The notes: generated by a model not told the origin, from the letters alone. Counted from the stretch's first letter, positions 31,395 to 42,100 are shown. The stretch: DNA of 64,000 nucleotides from an uncultured Candidatus Saccharibacteria bacterium (GCA_964577595.1 CAZNZK010000001.1:1434-65433), one strand, 5' to 3'. Program-made: numbers and translations.

Positions 31395-33305
31395 ATGCCT
31401 CCCCAGTCCTCCTCGCATTCAAAATTTGTCATATTTGTGTTGTGTGTGGTGGCGATTCTTTTGGGCGTCGTCTTCTTTTTTATTCATCAGTATTCTTCCA
31501 AGTCAGCTACTGGTGCCAGTTTGGCTACGTCCGGTCAATCGGCACTTCTTTCGGCACAAACGCAAACGGCTGTTCTGCGATGTTTTGAAAATACTACCTC
31601 AGCCCAAGTGGGCCCAATCTGCACCACAGCCACCACTGATGCCGCCGCTGAAAATCCACTCTCCCGCACCGTTGTCATTTCCGATTCGGTAGTATCCGCC
31701 AATAATATAGGGAATACTCCGGTTGAAACCGCTAACAAGCCCTCTTCTGATATTTCCGTTGTGGCACAAAAGAATTCCGTTTCCACGCAAACCACGTCTG
31801 CAGACAAAAATCCATCTGCAAATGTATCCACCCCAATTGTACCTCCAGTAAATAGTACCAGTTCTTCATCACCGGCCGACCGAGCGCCAAGCCAGCAAAT
31901 CTATACCATCACAGCCACTGCCGATGCACACGGAACTATTTCGCCTCCGGGAACGGTTACCGTGAATGCTGGTTCTTCACAAACCTACGCTCTTATTCCC
32001 AATGTTGGCTACCAAATCAACACGGTTACGATTGATGGCTTTAGCGTCACTCCTGCTGGCACCTATGTTTTTGCCAAGATTGGCGCCAATCACGCCATTT
32101 CCGTGACGTTTATTTCTATGGTGGCATACATACCTTCTGGCACATCACCGAGTGACTTAGGTACTGATACAGGGTCGCCTACGACTCCTCCCTCGGGCCC
32201 TTCCTCCGGTACTCCTTCGTCTGGGTCTGGGGAGTCTTCATCTGATACGCCTCCATCTAATAACAATACTAGCCCGGCTGATTCTCCAGCGGTTTCTGCG
32301 TTCTCCATTACTGCTTCTTCAGGAACAAACGGTTCTATTTCTCCAAGCGGCACAACAATGGTTACTGCCGGCGATTTACAAACATATACTTTTACGCCAA
32401 ACAGCGGCTATCAGGTTAATTCTGTAACCATTGATGGCGTCAATCAGGGTGCTTTACCCGCGTACACATTTTTTAGCGTTATGACCAATCATGCCCTTTC
32501 TGTTACTTTTATTCCGGCGTCGCAATCATCTTCCAATCAACAATCAAGTTCTTCCGGCTCCTCAGGATCCGGAAGTTCATCGGCTGGTGGAGGAAGTGAT
32601 TCTTCTTCTGGAAACAATGATTCTTCTTCTGGAAATTCTGGCTCTGGTTCCGGCGGCGCGTCTGCCGGAGGTCTCATTGCCTATTATCCTCTTGATGGCA
32701 ATGGTCATGATGCAAGTGGTAATGGGTACGATGCCACGCTTATTCATTCACCTCTTTTTACTGCCGGTGAATTTGGCAGAGCGGTAGAATTTAGTACTGC
32801 CGGTGCAAAATACGTTCTCTTGCCCAGTATTCTCAATTATCCAGCAGTCGCCACTACCTCTTATGCCCTCACTGTTTCGCTCTGGTTTAAAAGTACTACG
32901 GGCGATTGTCCGCTTTATTATGAAGATAATACCGGTATTGCTGGCATCCGTCTCGGTACCGACGATAAAATCTACGCCAGCGTTTTTGATCATGGTTCCG
33001 GCACTGATGAGTTGGTGACCAGTGGCACGTATACCGATGGAAAGTGGCACCACGTTGTGGACACTTATGATGGTGGCACCGAAACACTTTATGTTGATGG
33101 TGAACTTGTTGGTAGTCAGAGTGGCGTCTCCGAGCTTGGTATTACTGGCGACCCGAGCGCTCGCCTTGGAATGGGTATCGTTTGCGGCTGGCCGCATGGT
33201 AGTTGCGCTTATCATTGGCTTGATAATGGTGCCATTGACGACGTGCGTTTTTACAACCGGGCGCTTTCCGCCGCGGAAGTTATGCAACTCTATCTTGGTA
33301 ATTAA
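31395..33305 (+). CDS. Membrane-anchored surface protein: two InlB-B-repeat-like domains, Ser-rich linkers, LamG
   Basis: N-terminal TM; duplicated ITA..GTISP.G...PN.GYQ...VTIDG; IDDVRFYNRALS. Confidence 0.8.
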   Translation: MPPQSSSHSKFVIFVLCVVAILLGVVFFFIHQYSSKSATGASLATSGQSALLSAQTQTAVLRCFENTTSAQVGPICTTATTDAAAENPLSRTVVISDSVVSANNIGNTPVETANKPSSDISVVAQKNSVSTQTTSADKNPSANVSTPIVPPVNSTSSSSPADRAPSQQIYTITATADAHGTISPPGTVTVNAGSSQTYALIPNVGYQINTVTIDGFSVTPAGTYVFAKIGANHAISVTFISMVAYIPSGTSPSDLGTDTGSPTTPPSGPSSGTPSSGSGESSSDTPPSNNNTSPADSPAVSAFSITASSGTNGSISPSGTTMVTAGDLQTYTFTPNSGYQVNSVTIDGVNQGALPAYTFFSVMTNHALSVTFIPASQSSSNQQSSSSGSSGSGSSSAGGGSDSSSGNNDSSSGNSGSGSGGASAGGLIAYYPLDGNGHDASGNGYDATLIHSPLFTAGEFGRAVEFSTAGAKYVLLPSILNYPAVATTSYALTVSLWFKSTTGDCPLYYEDNTGIAGIRLGTDDKIYASVFDHGSGTDELVTSGTYTDGKWHHVVDTYDGGTETLYVDGELVGSQSGVSELGITGDPSARLGMGIVCGWPHGSCAYHWLDNGAIDDVRFYNRALSAAEVMQLYLGN

Positions 33306-34034
33306 TTAGGGGCGAAGCAGGGTATCTATGGCCGCTTTGAGGTTGGAATAGGGGACTGCGCCGGAAGTAATTGGTACTTTTGCCGTAGCTGTCGTTAATA
33401 CAGTAAAGGGCGTTCCTTGGGCGCCACTAGCAAGGGCGTCGTTGTATTCCCCGGTGATTTTGGTGGCATACTTGTTGCTTTCTAGGCAGGTCGTGAAATT
33501 GGCCTGATTAAGGCCAATTTGGGCCGCCAGGACGGGTAATTGGCCGGGATCAAGGCCTTGGTAGTTGAGCGCAGTAAAGTCTTTCTTGCTAAAAAGGAGG
33601 TCTAAATAGGTCCAAAAAGCAGTGTTACCACCGAGCTCGGCGGCGCATTCGGTAGCCTGTGCCTCTTTTGGTGCTTTCGGGTGAAATGCAAAGTGGCGGT
33701 AGACCCAGGCTACTTGATTAGTGCCGCTCGGGCCGTAGGTCGCCATAATTTGCTCCATGGTTTTTTGAAATTGTTGGCAGTAGGGGCAGTCGGTGTCCGC
33801 GTATTCCACCACGATAACTGGCGCATCCAAACTGCCCTGGATGTGGTCGGCGGTAGTGACGGGTGGCAGGTTGGTAATGGCGGCCCCGTTGGCGGCATTA
33901 GGTGCGAGGGAAATGGAAGAGGTGTTGGGAGCTTGTTTGATATACACGATTGCTCCCGCTACGATGATGCCTGCTACCACGATAGCGGCCGATAGTACCC
34001 AGATGATTTTATTGGAAGACGAGGGGGAGTCCAT
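33306..34034 (-). CDS. Membrane-anchored DsbA-family thiol-disulfide oxidoreductase
   Basis: CPYC, GTPF cis-Pro loop, N-terminal TM. Confidence 0.9.
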   Translation of the reverse strand: MDSPSSSNKIIWVLSAAIVVAGIIVAGAIVYIKQAPNTSSISLAPNAANGAAITNLPPVTTADHIQGSLDAPVIVVEYADTDCPYCQQFQKTMEQIMATYGPSGTNQVAWVYRHFAFHPKAPKEAQATECAAELGGNTAFWTYLDLLFSKKDFTALNYQGLDPGQLPVLAAQIGLNQANFTTCLESNKYATKITGEYNDALASGAQGTPFTVLTTATAKVPITSGAVPYSNLKAAIDTLLRP

Positions 34035-34058
34035 ATACTATAGGATAGCATAAACTAG

Positions 34059-34103
34059 AAACTAGGGTCAGGCACCGGTTAATAACCCGTGCCTGACCCT
34101 AGT
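34059..34103. repeat. REP-like doublet palindrome, left inverted repeat
   Basis: ACTAGGGTCAGGCAC-CGGTTAATAACCC-GTGCCTGACCCTAGT. Confidence 0.92.
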
Positions 34104-34110
34104 ACTTGGT

Positions 34111-34686
34111 TTAAAACGGCAAGGTGTGAGTCATGCTGGCATTGCCAAGCTCTTGCCAGCCGCTGGTATCAATAGCGATATCTACTTTTCGCGAGCCGTC
34201 TTTATAGTGGAGCTTGCCTTTTTTGAGCGCGTATTCGTAAAGCTCTTTGGTGAGACGGACATCTTCTAGGCAGTATTTCTTTACTTTTTCAATCTCGCCA
34301 TTTTTCCACCATACCAGTGCTTGGAGGCCGTGGCCCGATTTATTTTGACCAAGCGTGCCTTCGGCTATTTGATCAAGTTTTAGGCGGCGGCCGAGTGTTT
34401 TCTTGATTTCCGCGAGCAGGTCAATACTTTTTATTTTACTTAAATCGCCCGGGTAATATTTATTTAAAAGAGGAATGTCAAAATAGTCACTGTTGTAGCC
34501 TATGAGCACATCGGCGGCCTCAAATATAGGCCACAATTGAGGTAATTCTTCCTGTAGATAGGCACGATATGTGTCGGTGGCAGAGTCATAGACACCGACC
34601 ACGGAAATATCCAAATCAGTCGGGTCATTACTGCCGACATCTTGAAAAAGATTTCTAGTTTCAATATCAAATACAATAAAGCGCAT
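34111..34686 (-). CDS. RNase H-like DEDDy 3'-5' exonuclease (YprB/MrfB-like)
   Basis: FDIET, GYNSDYFDIP, YCLEDV; start at ATG 34686. Confidence 0.85.
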   Translation of the reverse strand: MRFIVFDIETRNLFQDVGSNDPTDLDISVVGVYDSATDTYRAYLQEELPQLWPIFEAADVLIGYNSDYFDIPLLNKYYPGDLSKIKSIDLLAEIKKTLGRRLKLDQIAEGTLGQNKSGHGLQALVWWKNGEIEKVKKYCLEDVRLTKELYEYALKKGKLHYKDGSRKVDIAIDTSGWQELGNASMTHTLPF

Positions 34687-34692
34687 GGGGGG

Positions 34693-34734
34693 AGGGTCAG
34701 GCACGGGTTATTAACCGGTGCCTGACCCTAGTTT
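34693..34734. repeat. REP-like doublet palindrome, right inverted repeat
   Basis: Exact reverse complement of 34059-34100 (42/42). Confidence 0.92.
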
Positions 34735-34757
34735 ACAATAGTTTCGGACTATCGCAA

Positions 34758-34766
34758 TTATCCACA
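34758..34766 (+). promoter_or_regulatory. Perfect DnaA box TTATCCACA
   Basis: Consensus match in a divergent promoter region; function not shown. Confidence 0.45.
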
Positions 34767-34832
34767 GGTTGTGCGTATTGCTTTTACTGCCAGTCGGCGG
34801 TATTCTGTAGTGAACAATCATTTACTTATCTC

Positions 34833-35498
34833 ATGAAAAAAATATTCACGCAATCGGTTTATAACGCTTTAGTGACCAGTGTCTGCTCGTCGCTTGTTAT
34901 CGCGAGCGTGTATGTTGCCTTTGAACCGCTTTTTGCGCAGGGCGCGACGTCTCAAACGGTTACAGTCACCCTTAACGTGACGAGCGGCGTGGCGGTGACG
35001 GTTGATTCTAATGCTATCAACATGAGCACCAACTTGAGTGTTACGCAAAATACCGCAGTTGCCACTTCTACCTTTACCGTTTCCACCAACGACAACATTG
35101 GCTACACGTTCCAGTTGGCAGCAAGCACTAATTCGGCTATGCAATCGGGTGGTAATAAAATCGCTGATTTTCCTACTACAACACCGCAAACATGGACGAG
35201 CGGTATCGGAAACCCCGATGCACGTTTCGGTTTTTCGGTTATCGGCAGTGACTTAGCTGGTCCTGCGAGTTGGTGGGGTAGCGGTAGTTATTGTAATGGT
35301 GCTAGCACTAGCACAATTTCCACGACACTTAAATATTTTGGTTTTTACACCACCGCTACTACCACGTCAAAAAATTCCAGCACAACTACTCCTTCCGGTG
35401 ACACCACTATCGTTTGCTACGCAGTTAATCAAAATAATACCTACATCCCGAGCGGCACCTACACGGCAAGCATAACAGGCACGGCTATTGCCAACTAG
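34833..35498 (+). CDS. Secreted WxL-like/pilin-like beta protein
   Basis: Signal peptide; Thr-rich; C-terminal SGTYTASITGTA strand; paralogous to 36549. Confidence 0.65.
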   Translation: MKKIFTQSVYNALVTSVCSSLVIASVYVAFEPLFAQGATSQTVTVTLNVTSGVAVTVDSNAINMSTNLSVTQNTAVATSTFTVSTNDNIGYTFQLAASTNSAMQSGGNKIADFPTTTPQTWTSGIGNPDARFGFSVIGSDLAGPASWWGSGSYCNGASTSTISTTLKYFGFYTTATTTSKNSSTTTPSGDTTIVCYAVNQNNTYIPSGTYTASITGTAIAN

Positions 35499-35539
35499 TG
35501 CGCATTGCCATTTTTGCTCGCAGGGTGTAAATTTTCTCC

Positions 35540-36541
35540 ATGAACATGATTTCATCACGCAGGGCGCTCTCGGCTCTAATTCTCTTTATTAGTGTTGCTT
35601 TTTGCGTACTTCCCACAGTTACGGCTGCCGCGCCAGCCGGCGCAGGTCCATACCACATAGACGGGCTCTCTGTGGAAAGTCGTGGCGATTTTGTGTTGGA
35701 GCCAGCTAAACAAGAGACGTTCCTCAATCCTGGTGACACTGTCACGGAAATCATTTATGTAACCGACCGTGTCCGAGGTACTACTACGTTTAGTATTGGT
35801 ATCCAGGATTTCAAGGGTACTAATGACCCTAATGCGCCCGTGGCGATAGTTCCTCCAGGCCAAAGCGGTCCCGATTCGGGTAAGGATTTTCTCAGCGTGC
35901 CGGCTTCAGAGCTCACTCTTTCTTTTGGTCAGCGGGCCACGATTCCAGTTACGGTTACTGTCCCTAAAGATGCTTCGCCGGGCGGCTATTACGCGGCCGT
36001 CCTTATTTCCAATGAGCCAACGGTGGTGGCTACTAGCTCTACTTCAGTTACCGGTGCTACTCGCGTTATCTCGCGTCTTGGCACTCTCTTTTTCATTCGG
36101 GTTAATGGTCCCGCCAATCCGCAAGGCCAATTGCAGGATTTTCGCATTAATGCACCCACAAGCCGAGCGATTTACAACAGCGGGCCATTCACTTTTGAAA
36201 TGCTTTTCAATAACACCGGCAACCTCTACCTCACGCCTTACGGCACTATTACTATTAAGAATTTTCTCGGTTCAACTATTGCCACCGTGCCGGTGGATGC
36301 CTATTATTCTTTACCACAATCATTGCGCTATCGCGATGTAAGTTGGAATCAATTTGCCTTGTTTGGCCGATATACTGCCACACTCCAGCTTAATCGCAGT
36401 TACGGCGGCACTACTGACACCAAAACCATCGCCTTCTGGGTTATTCCGTGGGAGTTTCTGTTAACCGCTTTTGCTATCCTTTTTGTTGTAATCTTCGGCG
36501 TGATTTTCTTCCTGCGAACCTTTGAAGTGCGGCGAAAGTAA
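35540..36541 (+). CDS. DUF916/WxL-interacting-like protein with C-terminal TM anchor
   Basis: VPKDASPGGYYAAV, RLGTLFFIRVNG, FNNTGNLYLTPYG, FWVIPW followed by TM and basic tail. Confidence 0.7.
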   Translation: MNMISSRRALSALILFISVAFCVLPTVTAAAPAGAGPYHIDGLSVESRGDFVLEPAKQETFLNPGDTVTEIIYVTDRVRGTTTFSIGIQDFKGTNDPNAPVAIVPPGQSGPDSGKDFLSVPASELTLSFGQRATIPVTVTVPKDASPGGYYAAVLISNEPTVVATSSTSVTGATRVISRLGTLFFIRVNGPANPQGQLQDFRINAPTSRAIYNSGPFTFEMLFNNTGNLYLTPYGTITIKNFLGSTIATVPVDAYYSLPQSLRYRDVSWNQFALFGRYTATLQLNRSYGGTTDTKTIAFWVIPWEFLLTAFAILFVVIFGVIFFLRTFEVRRK

Positions 36542-36548
36542 TTAAACT

Positions 36549-37325
36549 ATGAAGCAGTTTTTGTTCGCGTTCATGGCAATGACGGTGGCGATGATGCTTG
36601 TGTGTATCGCGCGTTTTTTTGTGCCTGTCGCGGTCAGGGCCGCCATGCAAAGCTCAAAGTATGCCATTCCAACCGACAGTATTAATTTCGGTGGCGGCGA
36701 CAGCACCAGCACTAATTTTAGCGAAGAAGACACACTCGGCGAAGTGGGAAGTGGTTTGGGAACAAGCACCAAGTACTCACTCAACGCAGGTTACCAGCAA
36801 ATTTCCGGTTCCAGTATTTCTTTGACGTCAGCGGCCAATGTCACTTTGCCGGCTATTGGCGGTCTTAATTCCGGCACAACTATGGCCAGCTCAACCTGGA
36901 ACGTCACGACCGATGACGCGGCGGGCTATCAGCTTAGTATTCTTTCTGCCACAGCACCCGCTTTGGTAACGCCAGCCCATGCCTATTTCGGCGATTATGC
37001 GCCGAGTGGCGGGGTAGGCTCGGCCGACTTTACTTTCGCAGTAGGTAGCGGCGCTTCCACATTCGGCTTTTCTCCAGAAGGGCCCGACATCGTCAGTCGT
37101 TTTAAAGATACTGGTTCATCCTGTGGCACTGGTTCCAGCGACACGCCCATGGCCTGCTGGGCCGGCTTTACCACCACCAGCCAAACCATCGCCGCCGGTA
37201 GTGGCTACAATTTACCCGCTGGCGCTTCTACCACGGTTGAATATGAGGCTGGCATCGGTTCCAATAAAATTCAAGACGCGGGGACGTATACTGCCACGCT
37301 CACAGTCACCGCTGTCGCGCTGTAA
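36549..37325 (+). CDS. Secreted WxL-like protein
   Basis: Signal peptide; WNVTTDDAAGYQL; C-terminal AGTYTATLTVTA. Confidence 0.65.
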   Translation: MKQFLFAFMAMTVAMMLVCIARFFVPVAVRAAMQSSKYAIPTDSINFGGGDSTSTNFSEEDTLGEVGSGLGTSTKYSLNAGYQQISGSSISLTSAANVTLPAIGGLNSGTTMASSTWNVTTDDAAGYQLSILSATAPALVTPAHAYFGDYAPSGGVGSADFTFAVGSGASTFGFSPEGPDIVSRFKDTGSSCGTGSSDTPMACWAGFTTTSQTIAAGSGYNLPAGASTTVEYEAGIGSNKIQDAGTYTATLTVTAVAL

Positions 37326-37351
37326 GCGCGACAATTTGTTATGATACGGTT

Positions 37352-38500
37352 ATGAAATACCGTTTTTCTGCTTTCTCTTTTTGTGTAGTTGTTTTTGTTT
37401 TTTGCACGCCCCCTCACGTATTTGCCGCTACTGCTCAAAGCGTGTGCGTTAGTTTGTCGGTAGGTAGTACTACCGACGCGGGTGACAATTGCTCGCCGCC
37501 GGTAGCCACGTCCACACCAACCACCACACCAACCACCACGCCGGCAACACCGCCCAGTCCATCAACCGTCACCTCGCCAAGCGCGCTTGCTGGCCCGGCA
37601 ATCATCCCCAACGTTAGTGACATCACTGTGGGCTACCAGGGCAATTCGGTGGTTATCAATTGGCATAATCCAACCGACGCGGCACATTTTTCTGGCGTGC
37701 GCATCGTGCGCTCGTCCTACACCGTGCCGCTCGATCAGTTTTCTGGGAAGGTCGTGTATCAAGGTTCCGGCACGTACGCGCTTGATACGGGTGGCATTCC
37801 CGGCACGGTCTATTACTACACCGCTTTCAGTTATGACGCGGTGGGGAATTATTCCTCAGGCGCTGTCTTTTTTGCCGTCTGGCCGAGCGTCGCCCTGCCG
37901 GTAGTGCCGCAATCGCCTAATCAAACTCAAAATCAATTTCCGGTGCAGTCAGTTTTTCCGCCGCTCTTTCCGCAGACAACAAGCTCGTCGTCGCCGCTGT
38001 TACCAAGCACGGGGGGTCGGCAGCTAATTTTTTCGCTAACAGATATCTCATTCATTCAGGACGGTCGCGTGCTTCTTTTAGCGAATAGCACAATTACAGC
38101 CGACGGCACCATGCCGCTCGTTGTGGCAGTTGCCGACAGTGCTGTCGCTAGAAAAATTTCCGGTGGTTTAGCACGGGCAATGATCGCGATAAATATTCTT
38201 GGTCATGAAAGTGCCTATTTGTTGCGCGAGAGCGCGGCCGACCAGGCTTCAGAAGCTCGTCTGGACTTAACAACGGTGCCAGCCGGCGGTTATCCTTTTG
38301 TGGTGGAATTTTGGCCGAATAGGGGAGAGCCTTTCGCCGTTTCCGGTACTCTTGTGGTTACTGGTTCGTCCACTTCAACTGGTATTTTAGGTACTGGTAT
38401 AAGCTTCGCTCAGCTAGGGAAGTTACTCATCTTGCTTGCCCTATTTTCCATTTTTATTTTACTCATTCATCGCGCCCGCCGTCACCAAAACCAGGGCTAA
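37352..38500 (+). CDS. Secreted, C-terminally anchored protein with a fibronectin-III-like domain
   Basis: INWHNP..FSGVRIVRS, YYYTAFSYDAVGNYSSG; C-terminal TM. Confidence 0.7.
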   Translation: MKYRFSAFSFCVVVFVFCTPPHVFAATAQSVCVSLSVGSTTDAGDNCSPPVATSTPTTTPTTTPATPPSPSTVTSPSALAGPAIIPNVSDITVGYQGNSVVINWHNPTDAAHFSGVRIVRSSYTVPLDQFSGKVVYQGSGTYALDTGGIPGTVYYYTAFSYDAVGNYSSGAVFFAVWPSVALPVVPQSPNQTQNQFPVQSVFPPLFPQTTSSSSPLLPSTGGRQLIFSLTDISFIQDGRVLLLANSTITADGTMPLVVAVADSAVARKISGGLARAMIAINILGHESAYLLRESAADQASEARLDLTTVPAGGYPFVVEFWPNRGEPFAVSGTLVVTGSSTSTGILGTGISFAQLGKLLILLALFSIFILLIHRARRHQNQG

Positions 38501-38598
38501 GTCTCGTTAGCAACAATTCAAAAAACACCCCCATATAGTTAGCCATATTTTTGCTGGCTTTTCCCCACGTACCTGGGGATTTCCTGTGTTTATGTCAC

Positions 38599-38676
38599 CT
38601 CGGCTAAGGTATAATTAGCCTTATAAATAAAGGTTTTTTCCTTGCCGAGGTACCTCGGCAAGCCGAGAAAGCCAAC
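38599..38676. promoter_or_regulatory. Promoter/operator: TATAAT inside an inverted repeat, perfect 22-bp palindrome and GCCGAG repeats
   Basis: GGCTAA-GGTATAA-TTAGCC; CTTGCCGAGGTACCTCGGCAAG at 38641-38662; AAGCCGAGA/AAGCCAACG. Confidence 0.65.
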
Positions 38677-38679
38677 GAA

Positions 38680-39108
38680 ATGGAAATTTTGCAAGATTTT
38701 ATTACGGCAGGTCAGGCGGCGAAGCTCGCTGGCTATAACCCTGATTACGTCAGTCAGCTCATTCGCGCCGGAAAAATTCGCGGAAAAAAAGTCGGTAAAA
38801 ACTGGGTAACAACCCGCCATGAATTAAGCCGCTACATACAAGTAGTAGGTGGTAAGCCTTTGCCGATTATTGGCTCCGGTCAGTCGGGTAGCCGCCGTCG
38901 CAATTGGCGCGGCCGTTTCGTGAGCCCGCTGTTTGTCATTGTGGCCGCTTTCATCGCGGGCTTTTTGGCCTTGGTCGGTTTCGGTGTGTATGCGTCCATT
39001 TACAACCAGGCTTTGAGTTCTGCACAAAACGGCTCACAGGCTTCTTCTACGATGACTGGATCAACGGCCGCCGCGGGCAACATTGTCACTAGCTTGCCGC
39101 AGCTATAA
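38680..39108 (+). CDS. Excisionase/MerR-like HTH protein with TM helix
   Basis: ITAGQAAKLAGYNPDYVSQLIRAGKIRGKKVGKNWVT; hydrophobic LFVIVAAFIAGFLALVGFGVY. Confidence 0.85.
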   Translation: MEILQDFITAGQAAKLAGYNPDYVSQLIRAGKIRGKKVGKNWVTTRHELSRYIQVVGGKPLPIIGSGQSGSRRRNWRGRFVSPLFVIVAAFIAGFLALVGFGVYASIYNQALSSAQNGSQASSTMTGSTAAAGNIVTSLPQL

Positions 39109-39113
39109 AAATC

Positions 39114-42100
39114 ATGTTCTCCCGCAACAACCAACCGAACAAGATTTTCAAAACAACACTCGTGGTGTTGGCGGTGCTTGTTGCGGCCGTAACCCTTTCC
39201 CTCGCCAGCTTCTTCACGGTTGCTCGCGCCGCTATCAACCCGGAAATTAATTACCAAGGCAAACTCACCACTAACACCGGCACGCTCGTTCCGAACGGTT
39301 CCTACAACGTTGAATTCAAACTCTACACCAACACCGGCACGAACATTTGGACGGAAGATGATCTTGTTTTCAACAGTCAGGGCGTTAGCATTACTAGCGG
39401 GCTTTTCAGCATTATGCTCGGCTCCACCACCGCGTTCACCGGCGTCAACTGGAATCAGACACTCTACCTCGGCGTCAATATCGGTAGCACCACTACCAGC
39501 CCCACCTGGGACGGCGAAATGACGCCGCGCAAAATTCTCGGCACTGTGCCAGCTGCATTTGTGGCACAAACACTTAATGGTCTTTCTTCCAGCGAATTCA
39601 TGCGTTCCGATGCTACCAACTCCACTTCCACCGCGAGCACATTCTTCTCCGTAACCCAAAGCGGTGCCGGTGACATTGCGGATTTTATTGGTCAAAACAG
39701 CGCGCCGGTGCTTTACCTCCAGTCCGGCGGCAGTGTTGGCATCGGCACCTCGTCGCCCTGGACTGCGCTTTCCGTGAAAGGCGCCAGTGACCTCGGTAAT
39801 TTTGCTCAAGCCGGCTACTTCGTTGGCACCACTACCGCAACATCAACCCTCGCTGGGGGCTTGCAAGCACTCGCGCTTAACATCACTTCTTCCACGGCTA
39901 GTTCCACATTTGGTAACGGTATCAATTTAGCGAAAGGTTGCTTCTCAGTCGCTGGTACTTGTCTTACTCAGTCTGCCAACTACTGGACTTCTGCTGGCGG
40001 CAACATCTACAACAACACCGGCACCAATGTTGGCATCGGCACCACTACACCGAATTGGAATTTGCAGGTAGCAGGCCAGAGCCCGGTGATCGCCCTCACC
40101 GACACTGGCGCGCCCGCTAATCAACAACACTGGTTCCTGGAAAGTCAGAATGGGGGATTCACTATTGGCACGAGTAGTAATAATCTCTCAGCCACCACCA
40201 CGTATTTGCGTTTTGACAATACAGCCAGCCGCAACAACACAGCTGTTGGCTTCACCGCGCTTTCGGCGGTGACCACCGGTTCGGCCAACGTTGCTCTCGG
40301 TTATCAGGCGGGTCAAGCTGTCACTGGTGCTTTTGATCAGACGCTTGTGGGTTATCAAGCTGGTTACAACACCACCAATAACACTAGTCAGCAGAATACT
40401 TTCCTTGGCTATCAGTCAGGTTTCAATAACACGACGGGTGCTTACAACACGGCTGTTGGCTCTGCCGCTTTTGCCGCCGGTTCCACTGGCAGTTACAACG
40501 TCCTTGTCGGCGCCAGCGCCGGCTACGGTTTTGCTACGTCTGGCTCCAATTCAAATAACGTCATTATCGGCTACAACGCTGTCGGCGGCGCGGCCGCGGC
40601 TTCCACGGGTAACGATACCGTTGTCGGTTATCAAGCTGGTTATACTCTCAATGGCGGCAACAACAACACGTTGTATGGTTTTCAAACTGGATACGGCCTT
40701 TCAAGCGGCGCGAATAATATTTTCCTTGGCTATCAAACCGCTTCCACCACAAGTAGTGGTTCCAATAATATTGCCATCGGGTATAACATTAATTTACCGA
40801 GCGTTAATGGTTCCAATCAATTAAATATTGGCAATATTTTGTACGGTACAGGGTTGACTGGCTCCCTCACCACTTCTGCTGGCGCCATTGGTGTCGGCAC
40901 GAGTAGCCCATGGGCAACACTTTCTGTGCAGGGTCCGGCGCAAAGCACGAGCCCTCTTTTTGCCATCGGCTCCACCACGAACGCAACTCTCTTCGCTATT
41001 CTGGCTAACGGCTTTGTCGGCATCGGCACGAGCACGCCGGCCAGCGAATTAGCGGTGAGCGGCAATGTTTCCATAAAAGAAACCGCAAATAACAACAACT
41101 GGCTTACGCTTTACAACGCTATTGGTAGCACCACTGGCATTATTCGCGAAAATAGCGGCTCTGGCTCCGGTGGCATTTCAATCCAAGGATTCCGTTCCGG
41201 TGGCAATGGTCAGGCCTTGGCTTTTTACGGCAAAGTACTCAAAGATGACGGCACTGAAGTAGCCGGATCTCTGTTTGATGTTATGCAAGGCACTACGGCT
41301 GTCGGCACTACTGGCAACAATGTCACCAACACCCCGATTGCCGCATTTTGTAATAATTACGAAGGCGGTCTCTTCAGTGCCACCACCACCTGTAAAGTTA
41401 TCTTCAGTGCCGCTGGCAACGTCGGCATCGGCACCACCTCGCCCTGGACTACGCTCTCCGTCAACGGCTCAAGTGACCTCGGCAACTTCGCCCAAGCTGG
41501 CTACTTCATTGGCACCACTACAGCAACGTCAACTCTCGCTGGTGGCTTGCAAGCACTCGCGCTCAACATTACCTCAACAACCGCGAGCTCAACCTTTGCC
41601 AACGGCATCAACCTCGCCAAAGGTTGCTACGCTATCGGTGGTAGTTGTTTGAACGTCAACAACTTCTGGACATCGCTCAGCGGCAATATCTACAACAACA
41701 CCGGCACTAACGTTGGTATTGGTACTAGCACACCGAATGCCTCGCTCTTTGTCACCACGGCTGGTCAGCAAAACGGTAGCTCGCCGCTCTTTACTGTGGC
41801 TTCTACCACTGGCGCCTCACTTTTCACCGTGCTTGCCAACGGCAATGTTGGCGTTGGCACCAGCTCTCCATATGGCGCGCTCGGTATGAATGGCACGGTA
41901 GATGCCACGGCCTTCATCGGTAATGGCGCTGGCCTCACGCAGCTTACCGCCGCTGGCTCGTTGGGCGGTATACAATTTAATGACACCCTCATTCTTAATT
42001 CGGACACTATCAACCAGCCGGGTATTAATGACTCTAGTTACAACGTCACTTCTTTTGTTGTTGCGCACGGTTCCCGCTTCAGTATTGGTAACATAGTTAA

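Noticed and set aside
34059-34734. CRISPR array or IS element
   Set aside because: Only two inverted copies, no spacer series or cas genes; the enclosed gene is a DEDD exonuclease, not a transposase; no target duplication seen
34758-34766. Replication origin
   Set aside because: Single DnaA box, with no cluster and no dnaA/dnaN nearby
39000-39809. Long antisense or alternate-frame ORFs (also 19413-20105, 27556-28155, 30459-31145, 51632-52360, 55604-56260)
   Set aside because: Shadows of better-supported genes on the other strand; no recognisable motifs
39735-41730. DGR template/variable repeat pair within the giant gene
   Set aside because: Differences are mostly synonymous and not adenine-specific; no reverse transcriptase in the window
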